Notes under the pieces: model-generated
What the model was told of the DNA's origin: nothing
Seen by the model: the letters and a program-made list of their open reading frames with translations, nothing else
Databases searched by the model: none
Made by a program: the position numbers and the translations under genes
Shown: piece after piece, positions 34,958 through 43,435 of the stretch
Layout: each line of letters opens with the position of its first letter
Numbering within the stretch: the stretch's first letter is position 1
Source of the DNA: an uncultured Gammaproteobacteria bacterium
GTDB taxonomy: Bacteria; Patescibacteriota; Patescibacteriia; Patescibacteriales; Patescibacteriaceae
Direction: 5' to 3'
Assembly: GCA_964540895.1 (NCBI GenBank)
Contig: CAZIOP010000001.1
Location: forward strand, 187,596-251,595
DNA: 64,000 nucleotides

Positions 34958-35818
34958 ATGCCAGAATTACCTGAGGTGGAAACAATTGCCACTGATCTTG
35001 ATCAGGTATTATGTCATCAGGTGATTTCTGATATTACCTTAATTAGCTCAGGGAAAATATTAAAGACCCCTCTATCTCAATTTAAAAAGAAACTTCAAGG
35101 TGTCAGAATCTCTAGAGTTTTTCGTCGAGCTAAAATGTTAGTAATTGAGACCTCGGCTGGCTTGATTGTTATTCATTTAAAAATGACTGGGCAGCTGGTT
35201 TATGTTTCAAAGAAAAAGGTCATTGCGGGTGGTCACCCGATTCAATCTACTGGTCTAAGAGTACCAAATCAGTTTACTCATTTGGTATTTTCTTTTACCA
35301 AAGGCAATATATTATATTTCAACGATGTGAGAAAATTTGGTTGGGTAATATTAGTTACTCCAGAAGAGTTTGCAGATATGTCTCGTTCTGTTGGTTTAGA
35401 GCCACTTGGCACAGATTTTACCTTAGATTTTTTCAAGAATATGCTCAATCGTCGTAGTAAAACGACTATTAAAGCCGTCTTACTTGATCAGAAACATCTA
35501 GCTGGTTTAGGAAATATTTATGTAGATGAAGTATTGTTTCGAAGTGGTGTCCGGCCCAGTCGAATAGTTGGTTCAATAACTAACCAAGAGATAAAAAAAA
35601 TCTGGCAGGCAATTCCTGTTGTGTTGCGTCATTCTATTAAAGAGCGGGGAACAACGTTTAGTAATTTTATTGATACCTCTGGTTTACGAGGCAATTTTAT
35701 GAAGTATTTACGTGTCTATGGCAGAGCTGGTCAACCATGTGTAGTGTGTGGACGACCGCTACGAAAAACGAGAGTAGCAGGACGAGGTACACATTGGTGC
35801 GAAAAATGTCAGAAATGA
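34958..35818 (+). CDS. mutM: formamidopyrimidine-DNA glycosylase
   Basis: MPELPEVE N-terminus, H2TH region, C-terminal zinc finger CVVCGRPL..HWCEKCQ. Confidence 0.93.
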   Translation: MPELPEVETIATDLDQVLCHQVISDITLISSGKILKTPLSQFKKKLQGVRISRVFRRAKMLVIETSAGLIVIHLKMTGQLVYVSKKKVIAGGHPIQSTGLRVPNQFTHLVFSFTKGNILYFNDVRKFGWVILVTPEEFADMSRSVGLEPLGTDFTLDFFKNMLNRRSKTTIKAVLLDQKHLAGLGNIYVDEVLFRSGVRPSRIVGSITNQEIKKIWQAIPVVLRHSIKERGTTFSNFIDTSGLRGNFMKYLRVYGRAGQPCVVCGRPLRKTRVAGRGTHWCEKCQK

Positions 35819-35832
35819 TGTATAATACAGAT

Positions 35833-37044
35833 ATGAAGCAGGTACTCTATCTTGTCGGTATCTTTATTTTCGTCGGACTTTGTAGTCCGCTGTTTGTTGC
35901 TGCTCAAGGTATTAGTACTATTAGTCGTGATGCTATTGGTTTACGAGTTGTACCTAACCCTGAGCATTATTCACCACTTGATTGGTATGACGTAAATATA
36001 AAAATCAAAGGCGCTCCTCAATCAATAATGGTTGATGGGTATCAAGCTGTACGAGATGGTCGAACTGTCTATGTTAACGCTGCTAAAGTAGCCCAAGTAA
36101 ATCGATGTAGTGGTGATCCTAGTGTTACCTGTGCGCCACCTGGTTCTCGTTGTTTATTGGGGACTTGTACACCTTCTCCAATTCCTGAGATTTATACCAA
36201 TATATATATTATTTCCTACAATCAAGACCCAGAACCAGCTACCACGGATATTTTTGGACAGTTATTACAATTTTGGAAGTTTAACAGTGATATAAAAAAT
36301 TGTTCAGATGACTTTGATCAACTCTGCACCACTGATGCCGAGTGTGTATTACTCGGTGGCCATGCTGGAGCTCTATGCCAACAAACAGCCAACTGTAGTC
36401 AGACTACAACTAAAGCCTGTTTACTAGACGGTGATTGTCCGCAAGGGGAATATTGTTTAAATAAAAAATCAACCGTTATTCGTGATGTAAAACGGTTAGC
36501 TGATTTACGATACACTAAAAATCAGTTGGAGAAATATAATACGGCACGAGGTACTTATCCGGTATTAGCTCGCGGTAGTTATTTATCTAATCGTTCAATC
36601 TCTACCTGGCCAAGTTGGCAAGAAACATTCCAACCGGCTCTTGATCAACCACTACCTGCTGACCCAATTAACAAGTTAGGCGATTGTTTTCCAACCAGTA
36701 TCCCAGGCTATGAACCAGCGACTTGTTGGAATGAAGTTGCTAAAGATTATTCAGGTAATGATGATCCATTAACGTTACCTGCTGGTAATAGGAAAAGTTA
36801 CGCTTATTATTATCAGTATAAGGCAGCTGAAAATACTTTTGCTTTTTGTGGTATTACTGAATCAGGCTTTATTAAGGGTCTGGCAGTGGGCTCACCTCTC
36901 TGTCAAGTAAATAACTGCGCCAGTTGCACTGGACGTCAGTGCGGCACTGATGGCTGTGGCCATAGTTGCGGTACCTGCGCCACTGGTACAGTATGTAGTC
37001 GTTTTAAGTGTGTACCTTCAGGTTCAATTATTGATTTAGATTAA
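35833..37044 (+). CDS. secreted cysteine-rich protein, unknown function
   Basis: Signal peptide MKQVLYLVGIFIFVGLCSPLFVAAQG. Clustered Cys motifs including C-terminal CASCTGRQCGTDGCGHSCGTCATGTVCSRFKCVP. TATAAT (35821-35826) lies 6 nt before the ATG. Confidence 0.7.
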   Translation: MKQVLYLVGIFIFVGLCSPLFVAAQGISTISRDAIGLRVVPNPEHYSPLDWYDVNIKIKGAPQSIMVDGYQAVRDGRTVYVNAAKVAQVNRCSGDPSVTCAPPGSRCLLGTCTPSPIPEIYTNIYIISYNQDPEPATTDIFGQLLQFWKFNSDIKNCSDDFDQLCTTDAECVLLGGHAGALCQQTANCSQTTTKACLLDGDCPQGEYCLNKKSTVIRDVKRLADLRYTKNQLEKYNTARGTYPVLARGSYLSNRSISTWPSWQETFQPALDQPLPADPINKLGDCFPTSIPGYEPATCWNEVAKDYSGNDDPLTLPAGNRKSYAYYYQYKAAENTFAFCGITESGFIKGLAVGSPLCQVNNCASCTGRQCGTDGCGHSCGTCATGTVCSRFKCVPSGSIIDLD

Positions 37045-37470
37045 GGAGTAGAAAAATACAGCTACAAGAAAACCAATACAACTTCCGACGATTATTTGAT
37101 TAGGCGTATGCCCAACTTTTTCAATTAATTGTGGATATTTGTCATCAAGATATTCATCTTCATTTAAGTCTTCCACTAATTCATTAATAACTTTGCCTTG
37201 GCGACCAATGTATTGTCGGATGCCAAGAGCATCACGTAAGGCAATAAAAGTCATAAGAATAGACAAGGCAAAGATAGGGGAGTCAAAACCTTGGATAAGA
37301 CCAATAATAGTTGACAAAGAAATAGTAACGGCCGCATGGCTTGAGGGCATACCTGAATACGCCAAGAGATTTTTTAGACTTGGTTTGAGTCGATTTCGAG
37401 GTAAGAAAAACTTGCTAACTTGAGCGATAAACACAGCAACAATAGGCACAATAAGATAGATAAAAGGCAT
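37036..37470 (-). CDS. divergent PAP2-family membrane protein (acid phosphatase / haloperoxidase-related, DUF212-like)
   Basis: YSGMPSSHAAV and ALRDALGIRQ..G motifs; 144 aa; 4 TM segments. Confidence 0.8.
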   Translation of the reverse strand: MPFIYLIVPIVAVFIAQVSKFFLPRNRLKPSLKNLLAYSGMPSSHAAVTISLSTIIGLIQGFDSPIFALSILMTFIALRDALGIRQYIGRQGKVINELVEDLNEDEYLDDKYPQLIEKVGHTPNQIIVGSCIGFLVAVFFYSLI

Positions 37471-37531
37471 AGTAAAATTAATATGTTATACTAGGGATAG
37501 TATAAATCATTACAATAAAGTACGCCAGCCT

Positions 37532-38557
37532 ATGTATAGAAAACCTCTTATTATCACCTTGTTATTACTTGGAACCGCCTTACTTGGTTCAGTTGTTTGG
37601 TATCAGACAGCCTTAGGTTTTAGATCGAAGAATACTGACAATCAGATTTTTACTATTACTTCGGGCCAGAAAACCGCCTCAATTTTATCTGATTTAAAGG
37701 AGAAAAAATTAATTACATCTTCATTAGCGGTCAAGATTTATTTATATCGACATAAAGATTTAAAATTGCAAGCAGGGGAGTATGAATTTAAGCCTAATAC
37801 CTCAAGTCGGCAAATCATTGATAATTTATCAACTGGTAAGTCGTTATCTCAAGAAGTAACAATATTGTTCCGTGAGGGCCTTACTGCTAAAGACATGCAG
37901 GCCGAGTTAACTAAGAATGCTTATCTAACTGATAATAGTTTTTTGGATATTGCTAAAACGCCTATTCGAAATTTACCACCTCGTCTGACACTTTCAAGCT
38001 TTATTAAAGATCTCCCATCTACAGGAACACTAGAAGGTTATCTGTTTCCTGATACATATCGTTTGTTTAAAAATTTCACTGCGGAAGATTTAACCGCAAA
38101 GATGCTTGATAATTTTGAACATAAATTAACTCCAGAACTGCGAACTGCGATCTTAAAAAGTGGACATACCTTACCTGAAATTATCACTATGGCTTCTCTC
38201 TTAGAAAAAGAAGTACGGACTGAAAAAGATATGAAGATTGTATCTGGACTTTTTTGGGATCGGATTGAAGTGGGCCAGGCTTTGCAGTCATGCGCTAGTT
38301 TGGCCTATATCTTGGGGGTTAATAAAGTACAGTATACCTATGAAGACACTCAAATTATTTCGCCATATAATACCTATACCCATAGAGGACTGCCTCCTGG
38401 ACCAATTGGTAATCCAGGTCTACAAGCTATTAACGCTGCCCTCTATCCAACTAAAACTAATTATAACTACTTCCTTAGTCGTCCTGATACCGGCGAAACA
38501 GTATTTAGCCGCACCTTAGATGAGCATAATGAAGCTAAGGCTAAGTATTTGAAGTAA
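37532..38557 (+). CDS. mltG: endolytic murein transglycosylase MltG (YceG-like)
   Basis: N-terminal TM, LEGYLFPDTY, ASLLEKE and YNTYTHRGLPPGPIGNPG motifs. Confidence 0.9.
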   Translation: MYRKPLIITLLLLGTALLGSVVWYQTALGFRSKNTDNQIFTITSGQKTASILSDLKEKKLITSSLAVKIYLYRHKDLKLQAGEYEFKPNTSSRQIIDNLSTGKSLSQEVTILFREGLTAKDMQAELTKNAYLTDNSFLDIAKTPIRNLPPRLTLSSFIKDLPSTGTLEGYLFPDTYRLFKNFTAEDLTAKMLDNFEHKLTPELRTAILKSGHTLPEIITMASLLEKEVRTEKDMKIVSGLFWDRIEVGQALQSCASLAYILGVNKVQYTYEDTQIISPYNTYTHRGLPPGPIGNPGLQAINAALYPTKTNYNYFLSRPDTGETVFSRTLDEHNEAKAKYLK

Positions 38558-38570
38558 ATAAAGGTAATTC

Positions 38571-38599
38571 TTGACAGGTATAAGAAGTAATGATACTCT
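38571..38599 (+). promoter_or_regulatory. promoter TTGACA-N14-TGA-TACTCT for the rplJL operon
   Basis: TTGACA at 38571-38576 and TGATACTCT ending at 38599. Confidence 0.5.
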
Positions 38600-38605
38600 A
38601 GATAT

Positions 38606-38727
38606 GTCCTAGACAGTAGGCAAACACTAAGACCTACCGAGACATGTATCCAAGCGTTTTTGGCTTGGATAGATATCTATCTGGGACTCTCAAAGGTCGC
38701 AGTTTTTTTATTATACTATTTTGCAAT
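38606..38727 (+). promoter_or_regulatory. rplJ 5' leader (L10-leader-like autoregulatory RNA, tentative) with a terminator-like hairpin
   Basis: Hairpin atccaagc-gttttt-g-gcttggat, then ctgggac-tctcaaag-gtcgcag plus T7 just upstream of the rplJ ATG. The position matches known L10 leaders. Confidence 0.45.
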
Positions 38728-39252
38728 ATGCCTAAATCAAAACAGCAAAAACAAGAGATTTCCCGTGACTTATCAACTCGTTTTGGCAAAGCCAAAGCGG
38801 TTGTGTTCACAAGTTTTACTGGTTTAGGTGTGAAAGATAATGAAGCTCTTCGTGTGGCTCTAGGAGCCAAAGAGAGTGAATATTATGCTTCCAAAAAGAC
38901 TTTGTTAAAAAGAGTGTTATCTGAACTTAAGATCGAAGGAGCTGAAAACGCTCAATTTGATGGACAAGTCGCTACTACCTTTGCGTATGGTGATGAAGTC
39001 TCCGCCGCTAAGGTCATTGCTGATTTCAGAAAGAACAACGAAGGCAAAGTAGAATTTTTGGGAGGTATACTTGAACATCGTTATATTGATGCCGCTGCAG
39101 TAACTGCTTTGGCAATCCTGCCCTCGAAGCAAGAATTATATGCAAAAATTCTTGGCTCCATTAACGCTCCGGTCTCCGGCTTTGTTAATGTCTTGGCTGG
39201 CAATATGCGATCGTTAGTTCGAGTACTTTCCGCTGTTCAGGAAACTAAGTAA
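38728..39252 (+). CDS. rplJ: 50S ribosomal protein L10
   Basis: MPKSKQQKQEI.., gene order rplJ-rplL. ATG at 38728; the track start at 38644 lies inside the leader. Confidence 0.92.
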   Translation: MPKSKQQKQEISRDLSTRFGKAKAVVFTSFTGLGVKDNEALRVALGAKESEYYASKKTLLKRVLSELKIEGAENAQFDGQVATTFAYGDEVSAAKVIADFRKNNEGKVEFLGGILEHRYIDAAAVTALAILPSKQELYAKILGSINAPVSGFVNVLAGNMRSLVRVLSAVQETK

Positions 39253-39282
39253 ATTATTTAATAAATTTTTAATTATAAATGT

Positions 39283-39699
39283 ATGTCAGAAGAAGTAAAG
39301 AATGACGACGCAGAAGTCGTTGTCCCAGAAAAATTTCAGACTCTAGTAGCTGGTATTGAAAAAATGTCAGTCCTAGATTTAGCTGAATTAGTAAAGATCT
39401 TAGAAAAGAAATTTGGTGTGTCAGCTTCTGCCCCTGCTATGATGATGGCTGGTCCAGCTGCCGCTGCTGAAGCTGCTCCTGAAAAGGAAAGTTTTGACGT
39501 TGAGTTAACTGAAGCCGGTGGCAACAAGATTGCCGTTATTAAGGCTTTGCGTGAAGTTATGCCAGAACTTGGCTTGAAAGAAGCTAAGGATGTAGCTGAC
39601 GGCGCTCCAAAGGTAGTTAAGGAAGGTGTTAAAAAAGAAGACGCTGAAAAGATGAAAGCTAAATTAGAAGAAGCTGGTGGTAAAGTTACTTTGAAGTAA
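39283..39699 (+). CDS. rplL: 50S ribosomal protein L7/L12
   Basis: Ala-rich hinge ([12 protein letters not shown]) and C-terminal domain [26 protein letters not shown]. Confidence 0.95.
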   Translation: MSEEVKNDDAEVVVPEKFQTLVAGIEKMSVLDLAELVKILEKKFGVSASAPAMMMAGPAAAAEAAPEKESFDVELTEAGGNKIAVIKALREVMPELGLKEAKDVADGAPKVVKEGVKKEDAEKMKAKLEEAGGKVTLK

Positions 39700-39714
39700 T
39701 TCCTACTCATATAT

Positions 39715-39751
39715 AAAAAGTCCTCCTGGTTTTTGACTAGGAGGACTTTTT
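39715..39751. terminator. bidirectional intrinsic terminator after rplL
   Basis: aaaaagtcctcctgg-tttttgac-taggaggacttttt. Confidence 0.8.
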
Positions 39752-39761
39752 ATATACTACT

Positions 39762-42035
39762 TTATTTAGTTAATGGAATTTCGTATATTTGTTTGTCGTT
39801 TAAGACAAACATTTTTTTGTTGTCTTCGGTAACGGCCAGACTACGTAAATTACCAAAGCTATCTGAGGTATATTGGGTTTTATATTTACCTTCACTGGTA
39901 TAGACAATAATTCGGTTATGTTTTGGTTCTAGAATATACAGGAATTTTTGGTCAGCACTGGATACCACTTGAGTGGGTTCTTCAAGTTTCGGCATAGCTT
40001 CTTCTAAAGGAAGGGTATCTCTAGTGCCTGAGTTTAATCGCAGTAACTGATTATCAGCAATCATAAAGACACGACCATTGATTGTTAAGCTCTTTACGTT
40101 ATTGAGGCTAACATTTTCTTTAAGCCAGTTTTGGCGACCTGAGAAGGTAAAAGTTCGTTTATCCTGATTATAGCGGTAGATGGCTGATTCTGGGCTTGAA
40201 ACAAGGTAGAGGCGAGTATTATAGACAGTTAGGGCTGACATAGTAGTAGGTTTATTTTCAATGGTCATCTGTTTAGCAGATTGGTCACTTGATTGAAAGG
40301 TAAAGAGATTTCTTTGATCCCAGAAATATATGTCAGGTTCATCTGTCATAGCTAGCAGTGATTCCCCGGAAAAGGCGTCATTCACGATAGGAGTGATTGT
40401 TTTGTCAGGGCTAATGCGATAGACAGTTTTACTAGCACCGTTAGCTGAGAAGAGATCAGTTTCCCCAAGGATGAGATTGTCTCCACTAGCTGGCAGCTCA
40501 ACGAATATATTTGGTTTTTCAAGTCTGGTAACAGAAAATAATTTGTCGAGTTGGGTTTGATAGCGTTTTGTTAGTTCGGCTACCGTTGTTTTTGCTTCCT
40601 CTGTTTTTTGGGGGACAGAAGCAATAATATCTTCTAATTCTTTGAGAATTTGTCTGGCTCCTTCAGTATTGTTATATAGCAGGCTTGCTTCAAGTTGATT
40701 TTCCTTTTGTTCAAAAGTTACTTTAGCTTCGGCTACTTTGGCAATTTCAGCTTTTTGTCTAGCCGTAACAGTGGAGTAGATAAGATTGCCAATGAATAAT
40801 AGTAGACAAACAGTAATGAGAGAAAGCAGTATTTTATGTTTTGGTGTTAAACGACGGAAACTATTTAACCAATCACGTAAGGTACTCACAGCTTTGGCGG
40901 CTAGATTTTTTGTGTCACTGACAATACTTTGTCTAGCAGTTGGATCAGTAATAAGGCGATAGATAGTTTTAACACCATCAACAATTAAGAGAGCTAAGAC
41001 TCGAAACACATCAAGGAATTTCTTTCCAACGGCCATTTTTTCTTTTTTCACTTTCAGTCGTCCAGCTGATAAATTAATTTGCTTGGCTTTATCTTGAGCA
41101 AAGGTTTTGAGGGTTGAGGAAGCAGGTTGAAGTTTTGCTAACCATTTCTTTACAGTCATCATTCCTGAGGGACTTAACAATTCCTCAGTTCGTTCTTGGG
41201 TAGTATTGAATTGATCAACAGAAACACGACCACCACCCATAGTGGCCGATGTTTCAGATAGTGGGAGACTAAAAGCAGGATTTTCTGCTAAACGATCTTC
41301 TCCAGAAGTATTTTTGATAATTAAGGCGAAGAAGGGAACAAACGCATTAGTTTGTTCTAATAGATATTTTATTTGCTCCACAGCACTGATAGGAGGCAGG
41401 GTAGTGATGATGTCAGTCAGCTGTTTTTTTGAGAGATATTCAAGTACTGCTTCATTACAAAACAAAAAATATCCGCTTTGAGGAATAGCTCCGTTGATAA
41501 CGTTAGTGAAGAGTTTATTGGGATTAGTTAATTCTTGAGTTGGGTCATCAGTTTTTTCAGAAATATCTAAAAGATTGTAGTCTGCTAACATATCGCCGCT
41601 AGCTGGTTTAGGTCGATACAGTAAAAAGGCTTTATTCTGACCAGACTGAGTAAAGAGTAAGCGGTTTTTATGTAAGACTCCAATGACCATACTAAAGCCA
41701 CCAGGTCTAAAAGCCATTTTTTGAGCTTCCAGAAATTCGGCAATGCCTTTGTTAAGTTTTGTGAGAGCAGCTTCAAAGATGTAGTCAATTTTAAGATTGG
41801 CTATTTTGTCTCGGAGGAAAAATTGCTCATTCTCGTAGTAATGGCGATAAATCTCTTTAACGATAAAATCAGCTAAAGCAAAATCGTCAGCTCGGCTTTG
41901 GTCAATTTCCATTAAAACGAAAAGCCGCCCCACTAAAAGTTCTTCTTCGGCTGACGGCTGGCTGACAAAGGCCTTGCTTAAAAAACTTGATTTTTGTTTA
42001 GGATTTACAGTTAAAGGGGCGACTTTATAGCTCAT
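39762..42035 (-). CDS. large membrane protein: cytoplasmic PP2C-like (degenerate) domain, TM, extracytoplasmic beta-propeller-like domain (tentative)
   Basis: 757 aa. N-terminal block GRLFVLMEID..FSMVIGVLHKNRLLFTQSGQNKAFLLY..GYFLFCNEAVLEYL resembles the PPM phosphatase fold. TM ILLSLITVCLLLFIGNLIYS. Repetitive beta-rich C-terminus. Confidence 0.7.
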   Translation of the reverse strand: MSYKVAPLTVNPKQKSSFLSKAFVSQPSAEEELLVGRLFVLMEIDQSRADDFALADFIVKEIYRHYYENEQFFLRDKIANLKIDYIFEAALTKLNKGIAEFLEAQKMAFRPGGFSMVIGVLHKNRLLFTQSGQNKAFLLYRPKPASGDMLADYNLLDISEKTDDPTQELTNPNKLFTNVINGAIPQSGYFLFCNEAVLEYLSKKQLTDIITTLPPISAVEQIKYLLEQTNAFVPFFALIIKNTSGEDRLAENPAFSLPLSETSATMGGGRVSVDQFNTTQERTEELLSPSGMMTVKKWLAKLQPASSTLKTFAQDKAKQINLSAGRLKVKKEKMAVGKKFLDVFRVLALLIVDGVKTIYRLITDPTARQSIVSDTKNLAAKAVSTLRDWLNSFRRLTPKHKILLSLITVCLLLFIGNLIYSTVTARQKAEIAKVAEAKVTFEQKENQLEASLLYNNTEGARQILKELEDIIASVPQKTEEAKTTVAELTKRYQTQLDKLFSVTRLEKPNIFVELPASGDNLILGETDLFSANGASKTVYRISPDKTITPIVNDAFSGESLLAMTDEPDIYFWDQRNLFTFQSSDQSAKQMTIENKPTTMSALTVYNTRLYLVSSPESAIYRYNQDKRTFTFSGRQNWLKENVSLNNVKSLTINGRVFMIADNQLLRLNSGTRDTLPLEEAMPKLEEPTQVVSSADQKFLYILEPKHNRIIVYTSEGKYKTQYTSDSFGNLRSLAVTEDNKKMFVLNDKQIYEIPLTK

Positions 42036-42132
42036 AAGAAGGGGATTTCATTTGACGTCTATTCCATAATACTATACGATAAAAATCAATAAAAATCAAT
42101 GCTAATCTAAGCAGAGATTTTATACTTCCGTT

Positions 42133-42750
42133 ATGTTAGCAAAACTTTTTGGATCAACTGCTCGCGTAAAAATATTAAAACTATTTTTACTTAACCCTGA
42201 TAGTTCATACTATATCAGGCAGATTTCACGTCACTTAAATCTGCAATTAAGTGCAGTGCGACGAGAATTAGAGAATCTAGAGACGTTAGAACTTCTAGAA
42301 AGCCGTCAGGGAAGTGAAATGGAAGAAGGAATGATGGATGATGAGAAGGGTAACAAGAATGATCGTAAGTATTATCAAGCCAACCGACAATTTGTTTTAT
42401 TTAACGAAATCCGAGAGTTAATCATCAAAGCTCAGATTCTCTGTGAAAAGGATTTCACTGATAAGTTAAAGAAATTAGGCACTATCAAACTACTAATCCT
42501 CTCTGGTTTGTTTATTAATGAGAAACAAGCTCCTGTTGATATGTTGATTGTCGGTAATTTTGACAAGAATAAAGTGGCTAAATTAGTGAAAACATTAGAA
42601 GATGAGCTCGTTAATGAAGTAAATTATGCGGTGTTGAGTGAAGAAGATTTTCATTATCGTCGTCAAGTAACCGATGTCTTCTTGTACAGCGTGCTAGAAG
42701 GTAAGAAAATTGTGGTGATTGATGAAGGGAAGTATTTGAATATTAATTAA
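42133..42750 (+). CDS. winged-helix (ArsR-like) transcriptional regulator with a C-terminal extension
   Basis: ARVKILKLFLLNPDSSYYIRQISRHLNLQLSAVRRELENLE. TATACT lies 6 nt before the ATG. Confidence 0.7.
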   Translation: MLAKLFGSTARVKILKLFLLNPDSSYYIRQISRHLNLQLSAVRRELENLETLELLESRQGSEMEEGMMDDEKGNKNDRKYYQANRQFVLFNEIRELIIKAQILCEKDFTDKLKKLGTIKLLILSGLFINEKQAPVDMLIVGNFDKNKVAKLVKTLEDELVNEVNYAVLSEEDFHYRRQVTDVFLYSVLEGKKIVVIDEGKYLNIN

Positions 42751-42751
42751 T

Positions 42752-43252
42752 ATGGAATTTATTAAAATTATTGGTCCAGATCATTTTTTAGTGAATGCTA
42801 ACCTGTTAGGTTCTAAGGAAGCTTGGCTATGGATAGGTGGCCGAGAAGATGGTCCGAGTGATAATGATGATGAACGAGTGAAACGTGAAAGAGAAGAGGA
42901 AAAGTTGCATCCTCGAGTTGGAGAAGATGGAAAAACCCGACCTTCTGGTATTGAAGTTGTACGAATTAAACGACATGCCGACTATCCAGATTGGTATGAA
43001 ATTGATACTTCAACCTGGTCAGCAGGGAAATATCGGTTTAATATACATGGTGATGCCCATCAAGAAACAGATCACGGAACCGCACTTACCCCTGAAATAC
43101 GCGATAAAGAGTATTCTTGGTTGAATATTGGAAATCCTAAGGATTACCCAGAAGATCAACAGGCCTTTATCTATCAAGAACATAATGGACAGGGTTTTTG
43201 TATTCGAATTGAGATTGGAACTGATAGGTTAATTAAGCCAGCAGGACAATAA
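42752..43252 (+). CDS. hypothetical protein (166 aa), coupled to the regulator gene
   Basis: Starts 1 nt after the upstream stop. No family recognised. Confidence 0.55.
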   Translation: MEFIKIIGPDHFLVNANLLGSKEAWLWIGGREDGPSDNDDERVKREREEEKLHPRVGEDGKTRPSGIEVVRIKRHADYPDWYEIDTSTWSAGKYRFNIHGDAHQETDHGTALTPEIRDKEYSWLNIGNPKDYPEDQQAFIYQEHNGQGFCIRIEIGTDRLIKPAGQ

Positions 43253-43292
43253 TATAAGCTGATTTTTTTGATAAATTTAAGAATTTGATAGT

Positions 43293-43321
43293 AACTCCCA
43301 CAAGGAAAGGGAGTTTTTTTA
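43293..43321 (+). terminator. intrinsic terminator
   Basis: aactccc-acaaggaaa-gggagtt followed by T-run. Confidence 0.7.
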
Positions 43322-43370
43322 TACAAAAAGATGCCTACTATCCAATATAAAGGTATTATCTGTAAAGGAC

Positions 43371-43399
43371 TTGACAAGAATATTTATTAGTGATATAGT
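43371..43399 (+). promoter_or_regulatory. promoter TTGACA-N14-TGA-TATAGT
   Basis: TTGACA at 43371-43376 and TATAGT at 43394-43399. Confidence 0.6.
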
Positions 43400-43435
43400 A
43401 GCGGATTAAGCAATTTTGCTTATGTAATAAATTAT

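Noticed and set aside
38634-39710. Minus-strand ORFs 38634-38870, 38917-39132 and 39336-39710.
   Set aside because: They are antisense to the rplJ leader, rplJ and rplL. The ribosomal protein calls are unambiguous.
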